From the NCBI GenBank assembly GCA_050084985.1, contig JBITNC010000001.1, positions 187,798,001-187,862,000 on the forward strand: a stretch of DNA of 64,000 nt. Reading direction: 5' to 3'. The stretch is from Nageia nagi. Its lineage: Eukaryota > Plantae > Pinophyta. Each line of letters opens with the position of its first letter. Position 1 is the first letter of the stretch. Positions 13,445 to 26,407 of this stretch are shown here, piece by piece. A program made the translations under genes and the position numbers. The notes beneath the pieces are model-generated. The model saw only the letters and a list, made by a program, of their open reading frames with translations, had not been told where the DNA came from and did not search any database.

Positions 13445-15065
13445 TAACTTTATCATACCACTTGGCTTTCCTAGGAAACTATCCTCTCAACCCCACTAAC
13501 CAAACTTCTTTTTGTCTCCTCCTTGTAGTACAAAATAGAATCCTCCTTCAACTCATCCATTTTACTTAGAGTTAATTCCTTGATAAATGGTAAATCTTAA
13601 CCCACCACTTTCTCAATTTTAGTCATCATAGATGACTCAAACAATTTTAAGTTCTCTACATTTACAACTGAATAAATATGCATATAAGTAGGCAAATTTA
13701 ATTGGAAGGCATTCTCACTAACTTTCTTAAGAATATCAAATAGTCCATATTTAATAGGTTTCAACTTCTTACTAGATCCTTCTAACCTTTCCTTGCTAAG
13801 ATGAAGCCAAACTTGATCTCCTGCTTGGAATTTATGATCAACTCTATGCTTATCATGTATCGACTTATACTTACTTTGTCTAGTCTTTAGTTGTTCCTAA
13901 ACCTTGAGGTGAACTTGACAAATCTTCTCAATGAACTTATCATCTTGTTATTCTTCCTTCATAATGGTTTCATCAAGATCTTTCTCTTGCCCAAAAATAT
14001 AGTCAAATGGTGATGGTGGAAGGTACCCAAAACATACTTAAAATAGTGATTTACTAGTGTAAGTATAGATTTCCCTATCATATGAATTTCAAATATACAA
14101 AATATTCTCATCCCAAGTCTTTGTATGTTTTCCATAGTACACTCTCAATAGTTGTACTAGTTTCCTTTTCACTACCTCAATTTGTCCATCAGTTTAAGGA
14201 TGAAAAGTAGTACTCTTTTTCATCTTAGTATCCATCTTCTCTTACAAACTAGTCCAAAACATGCCCAAAAATCTATTATCTTTCTTAGAAACAATAGAAG
14301 TAGGCAAACCAAAATGAACCCAAATATAAGGAAAGAAAAGTTTTGATGCATCTTAACTAGAAATAGTCTGCTTACATGGAACTAAAACATACATCTTCCT
14401 AAACCAATCCACCATAAAAACTTAGTAGTCATATCCCTTATTAGACATAGGTAATCCACCCACAAAATCCATGTATATGCTCTCCCAATAACCCAATATC
14501 TTATTAGAAAAAGAAGTGGTTCATACAAACTAAACTTTATGTTGCAACAGTTACTAGTGCAACACATCATACAACCCCTAATATATTTTGCAACTTATTC
14601 TTGAATCTTCCAAGCCAATACACATACCTTTTAATATTTTTCAATATCTTACCAAATCCAAATATGACCAACTATGTGGGATGAATGTTCTTCTCTGATT
14701 AACTAAATCCTCTCTAAAGAATACATAGATTGTTAAACTTGTAAAGAAATCCATCCTTCAAATGAAAATTAGTATCCTCATCACAAACTTTTCAATAAGA
14801 TTGCTTCAAATTTAGATAAACATATTTAAATTTTAAATAATGCAAATAATCTTATTGATATGCTTCCTAAAAAAAAGGATAAAACTTCATCACAATACTC
14901 AAACCTGAAACACTCTAGTATCCTAACATTGGCACTAATATCAATGTTGGCATTGGTGGTATTGAAAACATATCTATAATTTTATTTGTGTTTCATTTCT
15001 TATATTTGATTATGAGATGAAATTATTTTAAAAATCCCATATAATAAAAATGCCTTGTCTATTGT
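13445..15065 (-). pseudogene. RNase H end and integrase remnant of the CRM-like element
   Basis: The reading LQ*TRH..MGF..FHLIIKYKK continues across the 15066-20550 insertion. Integrase motifs on the minus strand: WVHFGLPTSIVSKKDNRFLGMFWTSL, STTFHP*TDGQIEVV, LKPIKYGLFDIL (GPY/F-like). Confidence 0.85.
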
Positions 15066-18000
15066 TGTAATGCCTAATTTCTTGCAACTAAACCACTCAA
15101 CACACCTTGTGAGTAATTCAAGGATAAATATGTATTACTATACTAATTTTCCTATGTTGTAATGTGACAAATTGATACGATATGGGGTAAGAAAATGTTA
15201 TGTGTGCTTAATGTCTCTAAATGATGTCTAAACCTTGAAATGAAGACAAATGTTATTGGGAAACCTCAAATCACAATCCCTTAAGGCCTTGTGATAAATC
15301 AAGAAGGGTGAAACCCCAACTCAACAAGAGAGTAGACCCCCTAATCTTCAATCAACAAGATGATATAAATAAGTGATATGCCTATAATGCAAATGATATG
15401 ACAAATCATGAGAAAGTAACAAGAACTATTAACTATGAAAAGATGTTAACAAGTATTGACAAGATCTACAATAAAGATTCAAAATATATAATAAAAAAGA
15501 CTATAGGTACCTATAGATAAAGTATTCTAAAACTATATGGGTAATTTGCCTAAACAATGGTGAATCTAAGATAATTTAAAGTAATAAATAAAAAATGAAG
15601 CTCAAACCCTAAGGTTAGACCTTAAAGGTCAAAACCCTAGGTTGAAACCCTAAGTAAATGCCTTGGCCTACAATTCTTATATGATAATTAGTTAACAAAA
15701 TATACAATATCAATGGAGGATACAAGATTTTAATTATGGATTAAGATATGATCAAAACCTACAAAAACTTTAAAATCAACCATCAATATTAGAATGATCT
15801 TAAAGCCACAAAGATACCTCAATCCATTATGAATGGATAATTGATCTAAAGGATACAAGGTGTATGCTTAAAATTTAATGTTGAAATCCTTAAAATGATA
15901 CCGCAATGCTCATATTCATGCTCAAAATGCTCATTACTCAAATATTGCTCATGAAAAATGAAGTTCCAATCCTTGAAAAGTAATCCCAAGTCACCTACTT
16001 ATAAACAAAATAGTCAAGATCATTTGGATGACTATGACCTATTAGATCATATGAATGATTAGCAAATCATCTAGATAACTAGAAAATAATGTTAAAATGT
16101 TACTAAGTGTCGAAATGTCATCAATTGAACCTACAAAAAATGCTACATAACATGTTAGTTTGACATGATAATATATGATAGCCTAATGTTGTAAATATCT
16201 ATAAAACATCTTTATAAGGTAAAAATATGATTTTAGGATGTTTATAGTTGCCCCTTTCTTTGTTGAGCTTCAAGATCTGCAAGAAGCTTAGTACAAAAAA
16301 TGGTATGATAAGTTGATATTCAATAATAATAATGATATGTAAGAATAAAATGAATAGGATGGATCTAGTTTCGATGCATGATAGGTCATATAATATCACC
16401 ATGAACATCCAAATAGAATCTAATTTCAGTGCATGATAGGTCAAATAAGACTAAGCCAAACATAATGATAATGACCTGCAAAAATCTACCAAATAGATCA
16501 AATAATCTTTGAAATAAGAAAGAAAAATTATAATCTAACCCAATCTAATGTAATCTAATTATGAAAAGGGAAATGATTTTTTTTCCCTAGCTATTGAAGG
16601 GTAACAAGAAAGTAAATGATCTTTTCTTTTTCCCAACAGTTGAAGGGGGTTTAATTCTGCTTTTCTTGAGAAATAAAAGGGAAAAAAAATGATCTCTCCT
16701 TTTGCCTAGAAGCTAAAGGATAATGACTAAATGATCTCTACTTTTCCCTTACAGTTGAAGCAAAGTGATCGTAGGCTCAAAGAACTACCAAGCATTGGAC
16801 CGTAGCACATAAGCATATGATGCTTGAATAAAATACCAAATGATCTCTTCTTGGCCCTAGCAATTAAAGGGTATCTGGTTAATGATAGTTATTATAGGCT
16901 CATATACCTACCAAGCATTCAATCGTAGCACCTAGGCATATGATGCTTGAACAAGAGAAGTACCAACATTGACCATAATGATGTTTGACTATGTTGATTT
17001 CCAATCTATCATGTCAAAAACAATCATCCAGTGAACACTCACCATGCATAAATTTTGACCATCCATATGAGGTGCCCCTAATGAGATTCAATATTGTGCC
17101 TAATAATAATTTATAAAAAATTGAACAAAATGGTAGTAAATGAAGCTCTCCCTCGAAAACAGAAAGGTGTGATGGTCTACAAAACATGGCATCTAACTGA
17201 TTGATAAAAGATCAAAAAAATGATGGAAATTACCTCAAAAATAAAGTGATAACAATATAGATAGAATCATCCAAGCAATTGAAAATTGTATATATAAATA
17301 GGGTTCATACCTAATCATCTGAATGACTATGGGTCATTCAAAAACCTAATACATGGAAAGAAAGAATAATAAAAAGAAAAATTAGGGTTTAATAGGTCAA
17401 TTTTCAAAATGTGTTTTGAAATTATTATGCTATGAGTGATCAACATTTTAAGAGATGATGATTGTGGACCTGATGATAGTAATTGCTTGATAAGTTGGCA
17501 TTTATGGCGAGATGGTGAGTGGGAAAGTAAAGCTTAGTGTGTAGGAAAAAAAGAGTTTACTAGAAGAGTATTGTGATTGCTAGATTGGGAGTGGTAACAC
17601 ATGGTCAAACATGAGTGGGAAGAGTTTACCAACTTATGGTAGCAGCAATCCCAAGACCCGACAATAGAGGGCCTAGGGAATAACCCCCAAACAAAAGGGT
17701 AGGGTGTTATCTATTTATTGTAAAGAATGCAAATGTTACATAGTTAAAATAGAAGAGTTTGTTTATAGTTGATGTGTAAATAAGAAAATATAGAATAGTG
17801 TAGGTTAGAGTGAAACTATGGGCATGGAATTACAAACCAATGATTGGAAATTGTGGTCAAACAAACAAGTTAGGATTTGTACAAATAAATGTGGAAAAAT
17901 ACACCTCCATATGCATTTGAATGTAAACAATGATGGTAGTAAGCTTTAATTATACTATTGGGCTAAGATTTCTATGGGATTATATGTTGAGGAAAACATA

Positions 18001-20550
18001 CATCAACAGGCCAACGATTGAATTTATATGTACAAATAATGTAATAAGAAAAAAAGGTTTTAGATGAACATGTATGGAAGCTTGAACATAAGGAGTCATG
18101 AATAAAAATACCAAAATATCCTTGACATAGGTGTAAAAGAAATAAAAAATATGGTAAAGTGTGATGAGGGTTTAACAAAACAAAACCCACTAAGTCAACA
18201 TCACTTAATTTTGCTTTAAGATTAAAATGAACATATAGTTGATTCACAAGTGCAGTATGCAATGATTGGGTAAATTTATACATATGTAGAACATGTTCAT
18301 AATGTTATGCTGACCATTTTTATTTTTAAATTTAAATTATATTATTATTTTTTCTCTCTCTATTTTAGAAAAGAAAAATAATAGATAATAATATTGTTAA
18401 AGAGAAAATTACATTAATCATTGAATATGAAATCATAAAAATTATATTTTTATTTAATTAATATAATTGGTTTACCATTTTGGTCAAATTTTTACCTTGC
18501 CAAGTTCATTACTGGACTTCATCAAGGGCACATCGAATGCATGGTTGAATTTTTTGGATGGTGAGTGTTCATTGGATGATTTTTGTTCAACATGATTGAT
18601 TGGTAATCAACATACTCAAGCATCATCATGGTCAACATAGGCATTTCTCTTATTGAAGCATCGTATGCCTATGTGCTATGGTCTAACCATTGGTAGGTAT
18701 GTGAGCCTATTTCCATTTATCCTTTAGCTGCTAGGGAGATCATTTGGAATTTTATCCAAGCATCGTATGCCTATGTGCTATGATCCAATGCTTGGTAGGT
18801 CTACGAGCCTACGATCACTTCCCTTCAATTATTGGGGCAAAGAAGAGATCATTTATTTTTCTTGCTTCTATTTGATTATTGGGACATAGCAGAATAAAAC
18901 TCCCTTGATATTTTGGGGTAAAGTAGAGATAATTTACTTTCTTATGACCCTTCAACTATTGGGGTAAAGTAGAGATCATTTACTTTCTTATTACCCTTCG
19001 ACTATTGGAATAAAGTAGAGTTAATTTTTCTTTTTGTACTTAGATTAGATTAGGTTATATTAGAGTTTTGCTTTGGTTTCAAAGACTATTTGGTCTATTT
19101 GACATATTTTTTGCATGTCATTATCATGGTGTTCAACTTAGTATTATACAACTTATCATGTACCGAAATTGATTTAGTTGGATTATCATTGGGTTCGACT
19201 CAATCTTATGCAGCCTGTCATAGGTCAAAATCAAACTTAATTGGATATTTAGGGTGACCTTATACAAATTGTCATGTGCTAAAAATAGATTCGTCCTTAT
19301 TGTTTTATGCTTACATATCATTATCATTATTGAGTATCTATTCATCATATCATTTATTTTTGTACTAAGCTTCTTGCAGGTCTCAAAGCTTAACAAACAA
19401 AGGTGCAATTGTAAACACCTTAAAATCATATTTTATCTTAACTTATACTATTATATCATATCATTTTGAACTAATGAATGATGCAACATTTATTGCAAGT
19501 ACAATCAATGATATTGCAATACTTAGATAATTTTTCATAATATTTTTTAGTTGTCTAGATGATTTGCTAATCGTTCAAATGATCCTACAAGCCATAATTG
19601 TTTGGACAATCCTGACTATTATGTTTATAAAAAGGTGACTTATGATCACTTTTAAATACTTACACTTCATTTTTCATGAGCAATCTTCAACTTATGATCA
19701 TTTTGAGTACGAATATGAGCCTTATGACATCATTTGAAGATTTTCAACATCAAATCTTGAGCATACATCTTTGGGCATTTGGCTCTATTCTCCATTCATA
19801 ATGGATTGAGGTATCTTTGTGGCTTTAAGATCATTATAATATTGATGGTTGATTTCATGAGTTTTTACAGGTTTTGATCATATCTTAAGCCATAATTAAA
19901 ACTTATATCCTCCATTGCTATTATGCATTTGCTTAATTGATTATCATATAGGCATCATAGGCTAAAGGATTTACTTAGGGTTTCAACCTAGGATTTTAAC
20001 CTTTAAGGTCAAACCTTAGGGTTTGAGATTCATTTATCATTTATTAGTCTAAATTATCTTAGATCCATAATTGTTTAGAAAAATTACCCATATATTTGTG
20101 GCATATTTTTTCTATAGGTGCATATAGTCTTGTTTATTATTTATTACATATCTTGAATCTTTATTGTATATCTTGTCAATACTTGTTGACATATTTTCCT
20201 TGTCTTGTGATTTGTCATATCATTTTCATCATAGACATCTCACTTATTTCTATCATCGTGTTGATTGAGGATTAGTGGGCCTACTCTATTGTTGAGTTGG
20301 GGTTTCTCCCTTCTTTATTGATCACAAGGCCTCAAGGGCTTGTGATTTGAGGTTCCCCAATAACATTTATCTTTATTTTAGGGTTTAACCATCATTTAAA
20401 CACATCTAGCACAAAGGAAATTTTCTTCCCACATATCATGTCAATTTGTCACATTACAACATATGAAAATTAGTATAATTATGTATATTTATCCTTGAAT
20501 TGATCATAAGGTGTGCTGAGTGGTTTAGTTGCAATAAATTAGACATTACA
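15066..20550. mobile_element. 5.5-kb non-coding insertion with ~2.07-kb terminal inverted repeats, TG..CA ends and 5-bp TSD
   Basis: TSD ATTGT at 15061-15065 and 20551-20555; ends TGTAATG...CATTACA. 15066-~17135 is the reverse complement of ~18472-20550 throughout (ORFs 16199..16444- and 19254..19469+ are mirror homologues). Spacer of ~1.3 kb has no recognisable ORF. Confidence 0.85.
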
Positions 20551-23330
20551 ATTGTAAATTGGATTGAGTTTGCAAATATTACAAAGGTCGATGATCAATA
20601 TGAATGACAAATTCTCTTCCCATCAAATAATGCTTCCACTACTTAACATCCTAAAATAGAGAAAATAACTCCATGTCATAAGTAGTATAATTCATCATGG
20701 CTCCACTAAACTTCCCTAGATGATAATAAATAGGCTTCCTTCCTTGCATAAAAACTACCCCCATGGTATAATTAATTGCATTAGTCTCAATTTCAAATGG
20801 TTGTTGCAAATTAGGAATTGTCAATATAGGTGCATTCACTATCTTTTCCTTCAAAGAGTCAAAAGATAATTAAATGGACCTATTATTGGTACTATCATAC
20901 AATGGATAAGTAATGTTAGAAAACTCATAAATGAATTTCCTAAGGTATTGAACAACCCCCAAGAAACATTTCATTTCAACTATAGTATTTGTCCTAGGCC
21001 ACTCTATAATGACTCTAATTTTCTTAGGGTCTATCTTAAGTTGAACCTTATTAATAACATCTCCTAAGTACAACAAATAACACTTTTCAAACTCGCACTT
21101 GCTCATTTTCAAAAGAAACTTCTCATTCTTCAAATTTTGGAGTACTTCTCTAAGATGTACTTGATGTCTATCCTAGGAATTACTATAAATGATAATATCA
21201 TCTACGTAGATAACAATAAAGGAATTAATAAAAGGTATGAGAAATTCATTCATTACTCTCATGAAAGTATTTGGTGCATTTCATAGGCCAAAAGGTAACA
21301 AAAGCCACTCAAACAAGTCTTATCTTGTATTGAAAGTGATTGTCCAAATGTTCTCCTCCTTGATCCTCACTTGATGATATCCACTCCTAAGATCCAATTT
21401 AGAGAAATACATTTCCCCTTATAATCAATCCATAATATCATCAATGCAAGGCAAAAAATAATGATTCTTGACGTAATTTTATTAAATGCTTGATAATCAA
21501 CACATATCCTCCAAGATCCATCCTTCTAGGTACCATAACCATATGTGACCTGCATAGAGAGGTGTTAAGTATGATTACCCCTTGGTCAAAAAACTCCTAG
21601 ATTTGTTACTTAATTTTCTCACACTCCATAATTGATTTTTTATACAACCCAATATTTGGAAGAGGCGAATTAGGAATTAATTAAATCTCATGTTAAGTAT
21701 TTTTCTTAGGTGGTAATCCTTTCGAATTAGGAAAAACCTCTTGAAACTCATGCAAAAGGGTTTGCACTTCCATCTATTGTGGGTTGAGTGTTGGCACTAG
21801 TTGTAGCATTGATGTTGTCATACTCTTGATCTACAATGCCAACGTTATCCCAATAGAACTATTATCAATTGATCTAATGATTATAAAGATAAACCTCTTA
21901 CTAGCATTGATAAGTCTCTTTGCTTGGTTTGTTATAACCAAATTCATTCACTTTTGGCTTTTATAGGAATTAACATCATAGAATTTTTCATATTTAACCA
22001 CCTTATATCGATTCAACCTTTTGAAAAAAATGGCATATCTTTCCCAGAGATAAGCATTTCCAGACACAACACCATAATTATCAAGAGGCACTACATTATT
22101 AACTACTTCATCAATGAATCTTTTATTTATTGCAAAGGTCAAGCTAAATTATTTTATGACTTGCAACTTAACATCTTTATGCAACCATCCTAGAGGATAT
22201 GGATGAGGATAGTTATAAATCTTCAACCCTAACTTGTTCACAAAGTATTAAGTAATGAGGTTAACTTGTGATCTAGGATTAAAGATTGAATCAATTTTTT
22301 TCTTCTTTGCTTGAATTTTTATATTGAAGAGTTGCATCTTCTTTTCCTCTCCATCATGTTCCTTCATAATGATCTCAACCTCCTTGTCAACCTTATGAAC
22401 TGCTACACCAGTATTGTCATCGTCTATCTTAGAATTGTCATCAACACTCTCACTCTTGGTGACCATAACATTCTTCTTCTTATAATTCTTCTTTCTATGT
22501 GGATTTTAGAATGGTCATCCCTATCACAATGTGAACAATGCTTATTTCCTTCATCTTTCTTGGTAGTATTTGTAGTCTTTTTTCTCTTATTTCCTTCCCT
22601 TACCTTTATCTTGATATTTACCCTTATCAAGTCCATTATTTTTATGTTACTTCTTATTGGAGTAATAATCTTGCTTCTTCTTATTTCCATCGTCATCTAG
22701 GTATTGTGATTGCACACTCACTTGATCCAAATCTAATAGATTGAATAACATTAGGGTTCTTCTCAAATGACTATGGAGCCTGCCAACATACTTCATCAAA
22801 CCTATAGATCTTTTAAATAAATCCCCAATAAGCTATCTTGCTTTCTTGAAAATATTATCCTCTTTGTTGTCTAAAATATTTCCATTTAATGAGTTGATTA
22901 TTGTGATGACCCAACAAATAGAACTACTCTCTAAGTATTTTCAATAACTTCTCCATTGAAGAGATAGGTAGTAGGTTTTCATGCTTGAGGCATTCCATAT
23001 GGCCTTCCCACCAAACTAATGCATGACCACCCATTTTTAGCCTTGTAAAGGAAATTTTATGAACATCATTTACAACATCATGGATTTGGAAGTATACCTC
23101 TAACTGTTTCAACTAGTTGTTCAATTTTTTAGCATCAACTTCACCTCCATATGTAGGAATGTCCACCTTGGCTTCCACTTTGAAAGGCACCACTGAGGAA
23201 GAAAAGGTTGGAACCTCATATCTCTCCTCACTCCTATTTGGATATTTTTGTTCTTCATTTCAAGGTTGTCTACTCTTCATCAATGTCTCCATAAGATGAT
23301 TAAGGTTGCCCTCCATTGCCATGAATCTTC
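20551..23330 (-). pseudogene. gag-protease-RT-RNase H remnant of the CRM-like element
   Basis: gag QLEVYFQIH..KISFTRLKMGGHALVWW (22924-23112); zinc knuckle HCSHCDRDDH; protease IDSIFNPRSQVNLI; HPYPLGWLH and DEVVNNVVPLD (CRM-type); [14 protein letters not shown] (YVDD ~21197-21208); RNase H APILTIPNLQQPFEIETNA and FVIHIDHRPL. Confidence 0.9.
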
Positions 23331-26300
23331 TCTCAAAGTTTGATTTTGACATTGATATGCCCTAAATGATTAGTTCTTCTATAAATATTTCTATGGAAGA
23401 GTTTGTAATTCTTCTTTCAATATTTGGATTCAAAGGAAGTAAATCAAGATTCTATGATCTTCTACCATGCATCGATAATCTCCAAGAAACTCAAACTTAC
23501 ATTGTGATACCATATGATTTGTAAATACCTTAATCTTATAGCTTTCAAAGGATCGTTAAATATAGATTTTTAAAAAATCAATGTGTCTATATTGTTAACA
23601 AATCATAAAATACCCATTTAAATCACTATGTATGGAACATCCATAATACTAAAAGAAAAATATAATAATGGAAAATGAAAACACACACACAAATGATTAA
23701 TACAAATATTTATATTGGTTCCTCCCAATGTGGAAGTACATCCAGTTGTGGTAGCCTTATTATCAAGAAATTGCAAGTGAACATTACAAAGGACAAGAAG
23801 AAAAGAGTAAGCAATACCTTCAACATCATCTCTAGCCACTAAGCCTCTAAAGCACTCCACAACCAACTGAAATAGTTTAAACTCCTCAAAATAATTAAGA
23901 CACATAGAAAAAATTCTCTTAACACACCAAAGAACCACAAAATACATCAAACAATCAACTAACACCAACCAACCACACAATGAAGCATCTAGGAAGCTTT
24001 ATAACCAAAAATCGATGTCCTTTGGACTTCAAGCGATCATACAACTCCAAAGAACAACTTCATAACTCCTCAAACCTCTTCAACTTCCCATAATTATGTT
24101 CTAGAATGGAAACTCTGGTGTTGAGGTTCTTACACATGAATTTGAACAGAAAGAAAAATATGTAGATCACATATGTCCAAGTGTAAAAATGCTAAACCTA
24201 AATAGTATACTCTCTAGAGACCTTATTGTTGGTGTTATCTTCAATGTTGATGTTACCAAATAATGTAATAAGTTGAGTAATTCTCAAGTCAAGGATGGTT
24301 ATAGTTAAGTCACAAATATAAAAGACAAAACATGATCCAGAACCCATCAATTCACCTCCAGACATGCCAAAGATGTACATAACTCCTTGAACTATCATCT
24401 CCCATAATTTGGATAATCGATTCCTCATAGATCATAACACTAGTGCTAACTACAATGTTGATAATAACATCACTACCAAAAAATAACAAAAAAAATATCA
24501 CATACAAAGTAAACAATATCAGGATCCCAACATGAAGATCTCTAGTATCAATCTTCACTCAAAGACTTGAACTATGGATAATTGATCAACAATCACTTTC
24601 TGTTGGAGGTAGGTGTCCTTATATAAAGTATGATGTAGTTTTGGTCTTCATAATTCATCCATGATTTCAAAGTGTGGGTAGCCCTAAACATGCAATGAAA
24701 TTGACCTCAAATTTCATTGTAGATGTGAAAAATGAATATAAAATGCTCTTTAATCTTTGGTTCCATGTTGCATAGTTTGTATTTATGTTGGTCTCTAGAG
24801 ATATAATAGCCTACCTTGATATGTAAATGGTGTGAGAAAATCCTTTTCAGGTTAAGGGGGAAACAAAGACTATGTGATATATGTAACTTTATGTAATCTG
24901 GGATGATAATAGAAGCATTATCTAGTTTCACATAAACCTAAAAATAATGCAAGAGATTTAGTGAGAGTGGTTTACCTGATTCAACCTAAGTTGTCCTCAG
25001 GTAAGCTAAGTAGATTTCTTAATCCTTTTGTTGATATCTTTGATAAAATGATCAAAGGTCTTATCTAGAAGTTGAGAGGGAGGTAAGTGCTCAATATGTA
25101 TGCTTATGGATTGTAGGAGAGGGGTAGCTTTTAAGTAGCAACACTAGTGAATGCCTTATCTTACAAGTTGCATTGTGGATTGAGTGATAAAAGAGGGAAA
25201 CATTTCAAGTCAGGAGCTATTGAAATCATCTTATGGATCTTATTCAAAAGCCACATAACATAGAGTGTTGTTAGAGCCAACATGGGGTACACATTAATTT
25301 CAATAAGAATATTAGAATGCGGGATAGTTCTTTTAGCTTGAATGGATCTTGAGAGCATATGGACCAAAACTATCTCAATGTAGGCCCAATTAAATTGTCT
25401 CAATATACACCCCTATAATTCACATCCATAAAGCAAGGTTGGAGAGATAAAAGCATGGAAGAGTTTTATTCTTCTTATTATATCTTGAAACTGGAGTTAA
25501 AAATATTATCTCTCAAATGCAACATATCCTTTACTTAATTTATTTTAGGATATTAGGATCAAGTTGAAAGTAGGACCTATGAAGATTACACCCAAATAAG
25601 TGTAAGAGGTGATGGTCTCAATAGGTTGCTCCGAGAAAGTAAGGTAGATTTTGGAAATATCAGTTATTAAAGTACATCCCCTTTGTCTTTTTAAGATTAA
25701 CTTTGAGATCATGTATAACACAAAAGGTATTCAATATGTCCATCTAACATGAAAGCCCAAATATAATATGGGATAGCAAAATGACATCATCTACAAAGAG
25801 AAAGATTTAGACAATGGAGTCATGTAAGAATCAACCCATACTTGGGCCCAAGGTGTTTGAGATTAGTTGTTTGAGTTAATAAATATAGAGCCCAAATAGA
25901 GTAGATGAGAGGGGGAAACCTTGCTTTATACAAATAGTGTTATAAAATATATTAGATAAGTGAGAATCAATGTAGATTGGCTAACTACCTATTCATATAA
26001 TGTCATGAAAAGGAATATGATACCTTTAAGAGTCCATAGGTTCTCAAGTCCATGGAATAGGAGATGCATAGGGATAGTATCAAATAATTTATGTAAGTCA
26101 ATAAACCAACAATAAACCTTCCACTTGTAGGCTCGATCTTCTTCAATGATAGCTCATAGAGTGAGGATGTGATAAACAGTGAGATAGTTCCTATGGAAGC
26201 TAGCTTAATGAAGTAGATGGAGATAGAGATCAACATAATTTGATAATAATAATTATAATGAAATAATGATAACTAAAATTTACACTCATCACCAAAAATA

Positions 26301-26407
26301 AGAATGATTAACTATAAAGAATACTAACACCACTAAGCAAGAAAATTAAATATCTCTAAAGAGTCAACAAAATAAAGTTAGAGTGAAATAAATAATGAAT
26401 TGCCAAA

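Larger units (their letters stand above)
5013..24570 (-). mobile_element. Decayed near-full-length Ty3/gypsy chromovirus (CRM-like) LTR retrotransposon hosting two nested insertions
   Basis: Direct LTRs of ~1.1 kb: 23515-~24570 (5' LTR, outer end lost) matches 5013-5132 plus 12452-13433 (3' LTR, split by an insertion). PBS TGGTATCA on minus strand at 23505-23512; decayed PPT at ~13434-13443. Gypsy domain order gag-PR-RT-RH-INT on the minus strand. Confidence 0.85.

Noticed and set aside
15600-15660. AAACCCTAA/TTAGGGTTT motifs as interstitial telomere (also ~19975-20025, ~43840-43875, ~50250-50290)
   Set aside because: Isolated telo-box-like motifs common in plant LTRs, not tandem TTTAGGG arrays.
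16570-16960. Regularly recurring AAATGATCTC motifs resembling a CRISPR-like array (mirror at ~18640-19030)
   Set aside because: Eukaryotic context, degenerate units, intervening sequences related to each other and no cas genes; ordinary LTR subrepeats.
15066-20550. Assignment to Polinton/Maverick, MULE-foldback or CACTA
   Set aside because: TSD length (5 bp) and TG..CA ends do not fit these superfamilies, and no transposase or polymerase ORF is present; a Ginger-like origin stays untested.
24601-26235. Possible solo LTR (TGTTGG...TCAACA)
   Set aside because: Flanking 5-mers do not match (CTTTC vs TAATT) and there is no second copy; left as unclassified probable repeat.
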